This document shows, piece by piece, positions 50,601-63,231 of a stretch of 64,000 nucleotides of DNA. The notes under the pieces were generated by a model, which saw nothing but the letters and a program-made list of their open reading frames with translations, was not told the DNA's origin and ran no database searches. The DNA is from Sphyrna mokarran (Eukaryota): the NCBI GenBank assembly GCA_024679065.1, contig JAGIQG010000001.1:130448001-130512000 (forward strand), in the 5' to 3' direction. The stretch's first letter is position 1. Each line of letters opens with the position of its first letter. The translations under genes were made by a program, and so were the position numbers.

Positions 50601-52554
50601 GCAAATCCCCATTTCTCTGTTCCCTGCAACTAGACGCCCTGGCCACTTGAAGTGCCTGCTCCTAGAAGTACATGAAGACTTTAAGCCATGTCTGCATTTC
50701 TTCCATTCTCGTCCTCATTAGTGTTCATCTCTGATTTTGCCTGCAGGGAAGAGAGTGATGCCATGTATGATTACATGATTTTCTTATGTACTTGTAGCCT
50801 TTCAATTGTTAACAACATGACAGACTGAATTCCAGCTTCCTAATCAGTAAAATTTAGACAAAGGACCACAGCACGCCCCTCTCCCATGGTGATTAGCCTT
50901 TTATGTACTCTAATGTTTCCCCTTTCTCTGGCATTCTGGTGATACACAGATGGCATGCCTTCCAATCAGTATCTCTCTTCACTCACTTCGCCGAACCTAA
51001 TCAGATCATTGAAGTGTCTGCAACGATGCATCCAGGTCTTCTGCATCACTGCTTAACTGCTGACCTTATTAGCAATCTCCAGTCTTGCAGTCTTGATCCA
51101 TTGAGACCTTTGTTAGGAAAGAAAATGCTCCAATGGGTTTTAACAACTTCCAATAACACCTGAAGTAGAAAATTGGGTGTGTTGTCCTGACACACTTCCT
51201 AACCACTCTCGTTTGTTCTGTGGACAAATGGTAGCAATAGCAATGGCTGCCACTCTCCCTTTAAAACAGGCCCACACCTGATCTTGTTACACTTCCCTTC
51301 TGTGTCCACCAATCTTAATTGGACAGTGAACGTGAAATTGCGGATTTGTATCTGGAAATCTCATTGAATGCATATTCTCTCATTGATGTGGGATTAGGAC
51401 CCTGGCAATCTGGGGCTCTTAACCCAGTTCTTGATCAGGTAAAAGATTAACAATAGCTTCAGTATGCAACTATTACTTGGATAAAGCTGTTATTCTCTAA
51501 TTCACTTCAAATGCTTTTAAAAATCAATTGCTTAGGGATCTTGTACCACGATGAGATGAACACTAACAATTGTAGTGAGAAATTTATGCTACTGCAAGCA
51601 AGAAAATATTGCACACCACTGAGTCATCCAAGGAGTATCAAGCATAAAGAGCTCAAGAAAAATAATCAGCTGCAAGCTTTTGAGTGCATGGTGCCTTGAA
51701 GATGATCATACATAAATGACAATATTATTGTTCAGTTTCAAATGGTGGTGCGAAATAGGTTTTTAATCTTTGTTTTATATTACTTATCTGAATTGAGATC
51801 TTTAATTGGTGCGTTGAAAAGTATCTGAAAACATCTCAAAAATATTAGGCCACTTGATTGGCATTATTTATTATATTTCATGATTGACCTTTCCAGACAG
51901 TTGTTTTCATAAGTTTGTTTCAGTGTAAGGCACTGCCTAGGTGCTATCCTTGCTTTAAATTGTATACTTACTCCTTCTATTATGATTTGCTATAGCTTCA
52001 TTTGGAATAAATAAGTTAGCACAACAAGTGTGCACAGGCATACTGACGTTAAAATGTAATGAATATAGGTTACAATACTTTCTAATCAGCGGCTTTTATT
52101 TTTCCATAATTTTTTAAAACTGATACTCGAATACTGTATCACCTACTGAACGCGCTGACACTTGTGCCTGTGCATAAACTGACTTCAAATGGAATATGAA
52201 TGTTGCACAGTAATAACAATGTCATAAATGATGTATGCAAGCATGGTTTGAAGGCTGTAATCATATTTTGGGGTTCTGATAGCTGTATTCGGTGCTTGAG
52301 TTTCACTCTGTGGTGTTATCCAACTTTTTTTGTTATTAGATATTATACCTTAGCCCAATGTAGACCTGATGTTTAATAAAGCAAATCATCTAGGATTAAA
52401 ACAAATCTGAAAAGTTGGTTATCAGAGAGTGTGGCTGAGATTTTCTTAAACTAAGCAAGATAGCTCCAGTACAAAGAAACCCATAAATATATAGTGTTTT
52501 TCACAATGTTAAAATGCTTCTCAGCAACTGAAGTACTTTTGAAATGTAGTCGTT

Positions 52555-53458
52555 GTCATGGCATAGGGATGGTCAGCATGGCTTTGTAAGAGGAAGATCA
52601 CATTTCTGGAATTTGATTGAGTTTTTTGAAGGGGTAACCAAGAAGGTACATGAGACCAGTGCAGTCGACATTGTCCACGTGGACTTTAGCAAGGCTTTTG
52701 ATAAGCTATCATATGTTAGGTTGTTGCATGAGCTTAAATCTCATGGGATTGAGGATGTAGTAGCCAATTGGATGCAAAATTGGGTTGATGACAGAAGGCT
52801 GAGGTAGTTGTAGAGGGCTGTTTTTCAAACTGTAGGCCTGTGACCAACGATGTATCTCAAAGATTGATGCTGGATTCGTTGTTATTCGTTATTCATTTGA
52901 ATGATTTGGATGAGAATTTAGGAAGCGTGGTTAGTAAGTTTGAAAATGACACCAAGGCTAGTGGTATAGTGGACAGTGAAGAACATTTATCTAGAATTGC
53001 AGTGGGATCTTGATCAGTTGGGTCTTGATCAGTCTGCTGATGAATAGCAGATAGTGTTTAATTTAGCTAATGTAGGTGATGTATTTTGGTGGACCGAATC
53101 ATAGAACAAAAGAGATCTGTAGGTACAGGTTCGTAGTTCCTTGAAAGTGGATCGCAGGTGGACAGGGTGGTGAAGAAGACATTTGGAATGCTTGGTTTCA
53201 TTGGTCAGAACACTGAATACAGGAGTTTGGATGACTTGTTGAAGTTATATAAGACATTGATAAGGTCACATTTGGAATATTGTGTACAGCTCTGATCACC
53301 ATATTATAGAAAAAATACTATTAAACTAAAAGGGTGCAGAAAAGATTTACTGGGATGCTATGGGGACTTGATGGATTAGTTAGGAGAGGCTGGATAGACT
53401 GGGACTTTTTTCCCTGGAGTGTAGGGGACTTGGTTGATCTTAGAGGTTTATAAAATAA
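52555..53458 (+). mobile_element. CR1 RT fragment, mutated
   Basis: ORF gives QHGFVRGRS..NLIEFFEGVTK..VDFSKAFDK. Confidence 0.88.
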
Positions 53459-54865
53459 CTGGGATCATGAGTTTGCAAAATCCTATGAACTATCCTGCTC
53501 GAGACAATTCACACCACTTTAACCTCTGATCAATCCCCTCTCTCTGCACACTGTACCTCTAATGACTTGATTACCTGTAAAGGCTGGCATTCCAACCACT
53601 CTTCAAATTCCGGTTTGCAGTTGTCTTGTAATTGTGTCTTTGCTTATATGTCATGTTTGTGAATTAACCCCACTCATCTGATGAAGGAGCAGCGCTCCAA
53701 AAGCTTGTGATTTCAAATGAACCTGTTGGACTTTAACCCGATGTTGTGAGACGATTATTGTGCCCATTCCAGTCCAGTGCTGGCATCTCCACCCCATCGC
53801 TAACATTGACACCACAAACAGCTGGCTCAAAGTGGAAAGGATTTCCAAGAAGGTTGTGCATATTGACACTGACATCAAGTTTCTACAAAGATGCAAGAAA
53901 GCATCCTGAAAGGGCTACAGATCATGAACCCACTCAAGTCGGTCTACAGTTCAGACTATGCTGAGAGACTGCCATTGCACTTCTGTCACTCTTAACTACT
54001 TTGTACACCAGGTCTAGGCAGATGCCACAACTTTGAAACCAAGATAGAGTCCATATTCTCAGCTGTGTTCAGGATGCACAGACCAGCTGTCAAGCAGATG
54101 AGACAACAAAATTATGCCACCTATATGCACACCGAGAACAGAAAACTTGAGAAACTCAGCATCACCACCTGCAGCAACCAAGTTTCTCCAGTACCGCTAC
54201 AGGAAAGTCCACTGTCAACTTGTCAGACAACACAGCCAAATGAAATTGAAGTTCTCAGCTGAGGGCTCAGTTTTTGCCCCACTACCAAAATAAGCTCCAT
54301 TGATCTTGTGGCAGATACAGAGGAAGTTATCAGGTGTTGAGGCTTTGGGAATTCTTCTACAAAGCCAAGAGGTCAAAAACAAATCTAATGACACCCAACC
54401 AATGAAATGGAAAAGCTGATGGAGAAGGTCCGCACTGCAGCAACTGAAAAGGAAACAGTTGAATTGAACCCCTCCAGAAGGCCACTGCCCTAGATTTGAC
54501 ATACACTCAAGCCATCAGGAGATGCACCAGTGCCAGACTTATCAGCCGCACTCATAAAATAGCCCTGAATGTCACCCAAACGCAATGCAATGCCATCCGT
54601 GTCTTCAAGACTAATCGCAATATTGTCATCAAACCAGCAAAGAAGGAGCTATTGCCACGCTTTACAGGACAGACCGCTGCAAAGGAGTATGCTGACAATT
54701 AAACAATGAGAAACACTACAGACTGTTATCATAGATCCAACCAAATAACACATCTGCCAACTCAACAAACTGATCAAGATCTTTGATCCACACCTTTTGA
54801 GCGCTATACATGCTCTCATCCCATGTACCCTCCGCATTGGAAGTCTCTACTGCCTCCCGAAGAAC
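53458..54865 (+). mobile_element. Penelope-like element: pseudo-LTR with hammerhead motif plus the 5' part of the ORF, 3'-truncated
   Basis: pLTR 53458-53800 (tcatCTGATGAaGGAGCagcGCTCCaAAAgcttgtga). Decayed ORF includes EVLS*GLSF.PT, NRNIVIKPAK(KG) and RIGSLYCLPK. Confidence 0.82.
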
Positions 54866-55614
54866 CATAATTTTCATCTGTCTTCACAACTGTCAACCAA
54901 CCCACTATTAAAACATTTTGTTTTTGCCTGTAAACATTTATCAGCAGCCATGATATTTAACACATTCTATCTAGAGGAAGCTTTATTAGTGGACTTCGTG
55001 TCATATCTTCAGCACTTAAAATGTATTATTGGTTTAAACTTCATTTTAAATGCTTTTTTCAAATGCTGAACTCAAAATGGAAAACAACCTGGTCAATAAA
55101 AACTCCTTTACAAACTTTCTATACCCACTAAATCAAACAACCAGTAAGAAACAAAACTCGGTTATCTGTATGTGCTAATTAGAATTAAGGTTGTTGGTTT
55201 GGATTTCTGTCCATAAGAAGGGCTGCCTGCTTGTGGAAGTTGCCTTTGAGTCAAAACATTTGAGAAAAGCCTAAATGATGTTGGAAAAGGAACTAAATAT
55301 ATCAAAGCAATATTTTGTAGTAATTAGCATTGTGCTATAAATTGTTTACATTTAAAATGATAAACATGCTTTACAAGGCATTTGCCTAGGCAGGTTATAT
55401 AGTTGAGCAATATGGATATGTCAGGTTCCAACTTCAAACTTTGTCTGTATTGAATCAGTTAATCTTGGCTGGGGCAACAATGCAGGTGCTATACTTGGCC
55501 TCTATGAAGGGGGGAGTCAAACACCAAATCTTGGTGGTGGCTGGTCGTGTCTTCTGCAGTACAGAAGAGTTCCAATATAAGTCTTGTTCACCATGTCATT
55601 TATGAGCAGGAAAT

Positions 55615-56073
55615 CATCTTCAGATGCTTTGGTCCATCTTGTCTAACAAGGGGCATACACGCGATGGGCTGAGAGAGGGCTGCTCTTGGACTTTTTTTTC
55701 GAGAATATCCTAATGCTTCATGTCGTTAGTGTACACTTGACCTGGACCATTTGATGGGCAACACGACAGCTCAGTGAATATCGCTGTGCTATGCAGATAC
55801 ATGGATTTGGGCCTGTGTCTATGGGAGTTTGTGCATTCTCCCTGTGCTTGCGTGGGTTTTCTCCGGGTGCTCCGGTTTCCTCCCACATCCCAAAGATGTG
55901 CTCTTAGGCTAATTGGCGAAACAAATTCCCCCTAAATTGTCTCAAATTTGATTTTCAATCCATAGATCTATAAACATAGACAGGGATCACAGGTAGAGGT
56001 GGGAACATCGGGGTGGCGGCGCGGGCTCGTTGGGCTGAAGGGCCTGTTTCCCGTGCTGTTTTATTCTTTGTTC
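55615..56073 (+). mobile_element. Structured-head V-SINE subfamily A, near full length
   Basis: Colinear with 30745-31214, including the head. Confidence 0.9.
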
Positions 56074-57109
56074 AAATTTCTGATCACTATCCATTCTTGG
56101 AAGTTTGTGCACATGGCTCTCTGGTAAGTGAATTATCTCTCTTAGTTGTGATAATTCCTATGGCTATATTGCTTACTTTGGCTCCCTCCCTAAATATACA
56201 CTAGAAATGTGGTAACCAGCATGATGCGTTAGAGGGCCTCTAACGTCTGTGACAATACATCTAATAAGGAATGAAAAACTTCACGAGGAGAGAAAAGTAA
56301 ACATAAAATTAGGTAATAATTTTCAAATTATTGACACCCTAGGACATTTCAAAGTGCTTTATATTGACTAAAGCACTGTTCTAATGCAGTTTTGTATAAT
56401 TAAATGAGCTATTTCACCTGGCATAATGAATGGCACTTAATAGATGTGACTTTGGTAGCAATCCTATTTTGCTATGCTCTCAGTTGGGGAGGAAATGTAG
56501 AAATTTGAGAGATGAGAGTATTGGAAAAGGTATAAAACCATTAGTATGTTTTTTGTGTAAATTCTACTTTTGTCGCATTTCTGAAGGAGCTGATAATTTT
56601 TAACTATCTTGTAGCTGAACCCTGTCAGAGTTTACCTTTCATAGAAGACAATTTTCATTAAATGTTGAATTTCAATAGACAAGACCATAATAGAAATGGG
56701 CAATGGTTTATGAAAGTATTATAAGTAACACTCCTAGAACGTATTCTTGAACATTTAGCACAATGGAAAATAATTACATCATTTTTTGTTTATTTATTAA
56801 CTAGTTTTGTAATATATATGCTGACCGTCAGTGTTTTGCATCAGAGTTCCCCTGGTGATTTGCTGCTTTAGTTTAATAAAGTAACCTGCTTCATGCAGGA
56901 AACTTTCTAATTGCAATATTGTTAAAATGCTCACTTGAGCAAAATTTGTAAAGTGGTTCACATTTTGTTTGTTATCTCTGAATTGCTTTTGGCTAAATAA
57001 CTTCATCCTTCAATTAGAATATAACTGGAGATTTCTGATACAATGGGAAACATCAAGTTAAAAAATTTGGATGGGATTCTTTTTGAAAACTGTATCTTGA
57101 CATTAGAAA

Positions 57110-57510
57110 GAAGGGAAAGATTTTATGTAATGCCTTTTAAAACTTCAAGAATCCCAAAGCAATTTGTAATCAATAGAATATGTTTGATCAGTGTTGTAAA
57201 ATCTAAAGCATGACATTCAAGTTGTGCGTAGCAAGATCCCACAAAGGGCAATGAAATAAATAACCAGATCCTCTGTTTTCATTGTAGGGTGAGAGATAAA
57301 TGTTGTCAAGGTCACTAGGAGGGCACTCCTGCTCTTAGATTAGTGCTATGGGATCTTTTATGTTCTTCTGAGAGAGTAAATGAGATCTCAATTTAACATC
57401 TAATACAAATGATGGAATTTCTGACAGTGTCAGTCTCATATTATTTACTAAAGTTTTTGAAGTGGACTTGAACCTATAGCTTTCTAGTTCAGGTGAGAGT
57501 GCTAACATAT
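57110..57510 (-). mobile_element. DeuSINE (SacSINE1-like)
   Basis: ctcctgctcttagattagtgctatgggatcttttatg..tttaacatct. Parallel to 6495-6895. Confidence 0.7.
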
Positions 57511-58298
57511 TGCAGTGTTATGTGAACAAGTGATAAAATGGATGAATTGATTGTTTTCAAAATGAAAGCACCACAAAAGAGAAAAACAATCATCTTGTAC
57601 ACTTTCATCACATGGATTCAATTGTATCTTGCGTGTACAGTTCAGTTTTTTTTGATTTGTTGATCTTAGGTAATGAGATTCAAATATAATATGAAACATT
57701 TCTGACTCGCATCAATTTACAATTTAGTAATATGTATAAATTTATTGACTCAGTTAATTGCATCTTACAACCCATCTCTCTGAAGTGCTAAAATATGATT
57801 TCCGGCACTTTAGCACCATTAGTGGTCATGTTTGAGGCTTTTAGCTTGTTTTTTTTTTCAGTACCACTGGGAGACGGCTACCTCAGCCCTTTAAACATTG
57901 CACATCAGATAGTTTTATTGTTCTTGTAATGTGTGCACACAGTGTTGAAATATTAAATTGGGTCATGAAAGACACTGACCATTAAGCTTCTTCCAGAACT
58001 ATTAGAACTCACTCGAGGTTTGATTCAGCTGAGGTTTATCTGGAAGTTGTTTAGTCTAGGGTGTTCTTTGGTACTTATGTATGAAGTCATTAATGCTAAA
58101 ATATATCATGATAGATATGTTTTATTCTCTCTTTTGGCATTTTTTTATCTTCACTAATTATGAGCTAAAGATGCCAATCAATTGGTATGTGATGGTGTGA
58201 AGGCCTTGGACCATATACATCACATGGCAACCAGATTTATTTCTATATATTTAACTTGCAAAAAAATCTCTAATTTCTTTTTCCAATTTTTATTACAG

Positions 58299-58363
58299 GA
58301 ATGGCAGAACTCCATTCAGAAAAACGCTGGTCTTGCTTTTATTGAGCTTGTTAACGAAGGAAG
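58299..58363 (+). CDS. LRBA: Next internal coding exon of LRBA, 65 nt
   Basis: Acceptor ttttccaatttttattacag and donor gtaatg. Reads [21 protein letters not shown](R), in phase 0 with exon 7253-7314. From recall, ELVNEGR is the LRBA form and NBEA has ELINEGR. Confidence 0.93.
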
Positions 58364-59664
58364 GTAATGTTGTTTTAGTATTAAACTTTTAAGCTGTATA
58401 TTCCAATACACCCATATGCACATGAATTACTGATCCTAAATTCCAACTTCAGATTTAAAGATTCATAGTACCTGTGTGAGTGAATGGATGTCATCAAGAT
58501 CTTTGCCTTTGGGAACTGCTGCCAAACCTTTCAGCTGTGTGGCAGTTTTTCAGTGAAGAAATTTTCTTTACGCTTGAACATTTTGCTTGCGTGCCATCTG
58601 TGGGGGAAAAAGAAATTATGCTGGCACACCGAGGAGAATTTATTGGAGTTATTAACGTGTTTTCAAGACCATTATTCCCCTGTTCTACAATTACATAGAA
58701 GTAAACATATTAATATGTCATATTTTGGACCATGAAATAACTATCGAAAGAATTTCAGATAAGCAAATCTGTTCTTTAGGCCCACTTAAGAATGCATAGA
58801 CAAAATTTATCAATAATATTCATTAAATCCTGTGAAACTATTGGTTGGTATCATGTATTCCATAATTTATGAAATAGAGCTTGAGTAAACAGGAATGAAT
58901 TAAAATACTTTGTGCATCGTTCCCCCTCCCAGATGAATTTAAAAAAGAAATCTGAATTTAAAAACAAAACCTGATCTTTTTATTTCTGCAATATTCATTT
59001 TGGTTGTTTTACAAAGCGATGTTAGATAAATTTGGCAGAAAATAAACTACCTTGCAAGGAAATTGTTTGAATGTATTAAGTTTATAGAAGGTTTATGATG
59101 ATACTTGGAACAACATTTTTGTTCTGCTGGAGAAAACTAGTTATTGCATTTGATCCCAGGGGCCAGTGTAAAGTAACAAGGGTATTAGGTTACACTGGAA
59201 GGACCTGGTCTGTTATTGTTTCTCATTATATGGTCCTGACCTGCTCTGACCTCTTGGAACAGAATGGTTGCTCTGAATTTGGTCCTTGATTAATATTTTA
59301 TGAACCCTATAACACTAGGATTCTGTACACATGTAAGAGAAGTTGGTAAGGTCTATAATCTGGATTAGGTGTTAATCATTAACAAATCAATTAGTGATGT
59401 AGAAGTGTAAGCAATTACCAGCCGTTTTTCATATGATTTGTGCTAAGGGAACAAGGTCCTCCACAAAGCTTAGATGGTTAAATAATTGAGTCAGAATTTT
59501 TTAATTGTGCTAATGGGTTAGTATCATAATTTTTGATTCCACATTTTCCATATATTGATGGAGTATTACCTCGCTAAAGTTGTAGGAAAATCATGTAGTA
59601 ACATAGGGTGGGCCTAGTCAGCAGTACTCACATTCTGTAAATGAATCTTTAAGAAAAAGCATAC

Positions 59665-59935
59665 ATCATATAGTCCCTAGAGTGTAGAAGTCTAATTTAG
59701 CCTATCGAGTCTGTATTGACACTCTAACTGACACAAACTTTGGGACACTAAGAGACAATTTGGCATGGCCACTCCATCTATCCTGCATATTTTTGTACTG
59801 TGTGGGAAAGCAGAGTATCTGCAGGAAACCCATATAGACACTAGGAGCAGGTGCAAAACTCGAGACAGTCACCTCAGGCTGGAATTGATCCGAGGTCCCT
59901 GGAGCTGAGAGGCAATCGTACTAACATTGTGCTAC
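59665..59935 (-). mobile_element. Degenerate V-SINE
   Basis: gtgcaaaactcgagacagtcacctcaggctggaattgatccgaggtccctggagctgagaggca. Confidence 0.75.
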
Positions 59936-60197
59936 TGACTGTTATCATGCAATATGTTGCCTACTTCAAAAAACAAGTGGGTTTTTTTGTTTGTTCAGGG
60001 GCAGTGGGCATCACTGGCAAGGCCAGCATTCATTTCTTGGATCATTGTATTTAAAAAGCCTTTGGCAGATAATGATAAAAACCCATCTTTACAGATATGG
60101 GAGTCATGATGTAGAGATGCCGATGTTGGACTGGGGTAAGCTCAGTAAGAGGTCTGGCAACATCAATTTTAAATCCAACTGATTTATTTGACAGTAA

Positions 60198-60235
60198 ATC
60201 TGCAAGCTTTCGACTTTCATGTTCGTCAGGCAAAT
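60198..60235 (-). ncRNA. Minimal hammerhead ribozyme motif (second pLTR copy)
   Basis: Reverse complement reads atttgc-CTGACGA-a-cat gaaa gtc-GAAA-gc-T-T-gcagat. Confidence 0.6.
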
Positions 60236-61682
60236 GCAGTGTTCTGGACTGCAACAGCACACATATCAGCACAGACAGTCACAGATTGCTGATTAGAATG
60301 TGAATTCTTACACCTAACCTGCTATTCAAGTCTTAAAGTGGCTAACAATGTGGGTGAAGGGAACCCTGAGCATTGGTTAGAGAGATGTGTATTGTCTCCA
60401 GACAGCATAGTGAGTGAGATTTTTTGCTAACCCAGGCAAGTCATGGGGGTTACAGATAGTGTGACATGAAGCCAAGATCCCTGTTAAGATCATGCTCATG
60501 TGTGCGGAACTTGGCTATCAATCTCTGCTCAGCGGCTCTGTGCCGTCGTGTGTCGTGAAGGCCACCTTGAAGAACGTTTACCCGAAGGTCGGAAGCCAAA
60601 TGCCTGTGACCACTGAAGTGTTCGCCCACAGGAAGGGAACAGTCTTGCCTGGTGATTGTCGAGCGATGTTCATTCATCCGCTGTCGTAGTGTCTGCATGG
60701 TCTCTCCAATGTACCATGCTTTGGGACATTCTTTCTTGCAACGTATTAGGTAGACAACATTGGCTGAGTTGCAAGAGTGTGTACCATCTACCTGGTGAAT
60801 GGTATTCTCACGTTTGATGATGTCATCCATGTCGATGATCCGGCATGTCTTGCAGAGGTTACTGTGGCAGGGTTGAGTGGTATTGTGGTTGCTGTTTTCC
60901 TGAAGGTTGGGTAGTTTGCTGCGAACAATGATCTGTTTGAGGTTGCGCGGTTGTCTGAAGGCAAGAAGTGGGGGGGTGGGAATGGCCCTAGTAAGATGTT
61001 CATTATCATCAATGATATGTTGAAGACTCTGGAGAAGATGTCGTAGCTTCTCCGCTCCGGGGAAGTATTGGACAACAAAGGGTACTCTGTCCATCATGTC
61101 CCGTGTTCGTTTTCTGAGGAGGTCAGTGCGGTTTATCGCTGTGGCACTTCGGAACTGTCGATCGATGAGTCGAGCACCATATCTTATTCTCATGAGGGCA
61201 TCTTTCAGCGTCTGGAGGTGTCTGTCATGATCCTCCTCATCTGAGCAAATTCTGTGTATACGGAGGGCTTGTCCGTAGGGGATGGCCTCTTTAACGTGTT
61301 TAGGGTGGAAGCAAGAGAAGTGGAGCATTGTGAGGTTGTCTGTCGGCTTGTGGTACAGTGAGGTGCTGAGGTGACCGTCCTCGATGGAGATGTGTGTGTC
61401 CAAGAATGCAACTGATTCTGGAGAATAGTCCATGGTGAGTCTGATGGTGGGATGGAACTTGTTGATATCATCATACAGTTGTTTCAATGATTGTTCACCA
61501 TGAGTCCAAAGGAAAAAAATGTCATCGATGTATGTAGTATATAGCCTCGGTTGAAGATCCTGTGCGGTGAAGAAGTCTTGTATGAGACTTGAATAGCAGG
61601 TTAGGTGTAAGAATTCACATTCTAATCAGCAATCTGTGACTGTCTGTGCTGATATATGTGCTATTGCAGACCAGAACACTGC

Positions 61683-61720
61683 ATTTGTCTGATGAAGACG
61701 AAAATCGAAAGCTTGCAGAT
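61683..61720 (+). ncRNA. Minimal type-I hammerhead ribozyme motif in the Penelope pLTR
   Basis: atttgt-CTGATGA-a-gac gaaa atc-GAAA-gc-T-T-gcagat, with a 6-bp stem I. Confidence 0.65.
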
Positions 61721-62364
61721 TTACTATCAAATAAATCGGTTGGATTTAAAATTGGTGTTGCCAGACCTCTTACTCAGATGTGGGGGCCCAGCAACGTCTC
61801 ATCCGTAAGACTTGTGCTCCAGAACTAGTTGTGCCACAACCCAGCTGTCCTTAATAATCAGACATTATCTAATAAAGATGGTGGTGCACAGACTGGTCCG
61901 CTAAATTGGTTGGCCTAATGTGTTTGGTGCCCCACATAATGCAAAGTAACTCTAATATGTGTTTATGAAAAATTTAGTTCTGTTAAGTTGCTGTTGTATC
62001 TTTTCTTGTCTACTCAGTGTATTTGGAACGTTAGGGAAGAATTTTTCATTTTTTTTTAAACAAGCCCTGAATGGAAATTGTATCAACTAAGCTTGCACTA
62101 GTTCCCGTTTAGTTTACCCTAGCAATACTAACATGGTTTTTGGACTTTTTTGAATATATACGTTTAAGTTATTTTCCTTCTATACTCGATACATTCAAGT
62201 ACATGATTTTGACATCATTACTTTCTCCCTTATTCCGAGTTCATCTCTCATTCCAATTTCACTTCTCAATTTGTTATTCGCTATACTATTGCTTTTGGCA
62301 CCTCCCAGTGTGTTATGCATCCTGATATTCTTCCCTAATATTTTCTCTTGGTTCTTACATATGC

Positions 62365-62740
62365 CAATTTAATTTAAAGCCCCCCACCCCCCCCCAAAAC
62401 ATAAACAAAATGCTCCACAAAGAACTCAGTCCCAGTTCCGTTGAGGTGTAATTTGTCTGGTTTTTACAGGTGACATCTCCACCTCGAGCCAAGGTTGTGT
62501 CCCAGGAATCTCTTGTTTCTGTACTGACCTGCGTGTGGCACTGGGAGTAATCCAGAGACTACGACATTTGAGTTTCTGCTTGATAATTTCCTTCCTAGTT
62601 CCCTAAATTCTAATTTCAGGAAACCTTCCCCCTTCCTATCTACATCATTGATACCAGTGTAGACCATGACTTCTGACTATTGATCCTCCCACAGAAGAAC
62701 TGCAGCCACTCTGTGGTATCATTGACCTTAGCACCAGTAT
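62365..62740 (-). mobile_element. CR1 ORF1 esterase fragment
   Basis: ORF gives VYTGINDV..EFRELGRKL..VVVSGLLPVP. Confidence 0.8.
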
Positions 62741-63231
62741 GTATGGATTCATCTTATCTGCACATGACCCTGTAGTGCCTCAAGGAGTACTAACATGTGG
62801 GAACACATCTGTTGTTGCTGCTGACATAGATAGTGTCTCTTTTCTATTGGCCCTGGGGCCTGCTGTCTGTGCTACCTGAGCAGGGCTGTGTCTGTCCTCC
62901 CTCCTCCAAGGGAAACTGACAAAACATGCCTCTGTGTCTTGCACCACCTCCTGCATGCCAATGGTACGCTCCTCAACCTTTCTATCAGTGTGCAAAGATC
63001 CACCAAGTGCATTTGTGCTGGCGAATGGCATGCTTGAAAGGTGTGACAGTGCTTCTTTGATCTTTGCTGGTTATCTTGTCCTGATAATGGATTGGAGGGT
63101 GGACTTCTGCATTTATGGGAGACACAAAAGATCAAGTGAACTAGATTTGGAATATAGAGCCCGTTGTAGTGCTGAGGGTTCCCAATTCAATTCAGCATGC
63201 TGTTAGCTAGGTGAAGTGCAAACAATCCTCC

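Larger units (their letters stand above)
7315..58298 (+). other. LRBA: Phase-0 GT-AG intron of LRBA, 50,984 bp (includes a 100-N gap)
   Basis: The flanking exons encode contiguous protein (CSQ|EWQ), and the splice sites are canonical. Confidence 0.88.
60104..61776 (-). mobile_element. Penelope-like element, 5'-truncated, RT C-terminus plus GIY-YIG endonuclease, with an inverted partial pseudo-LTR
   Basis: The frame is open from about 61581 to 60450 and includes YIDD, AFLD, LYHKPTD and VVYLIRC..WYIGET..LRQRMNEH. 60144-60333 is repeated in inverted orientation at 61585-61774. Confidence 0.95.
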
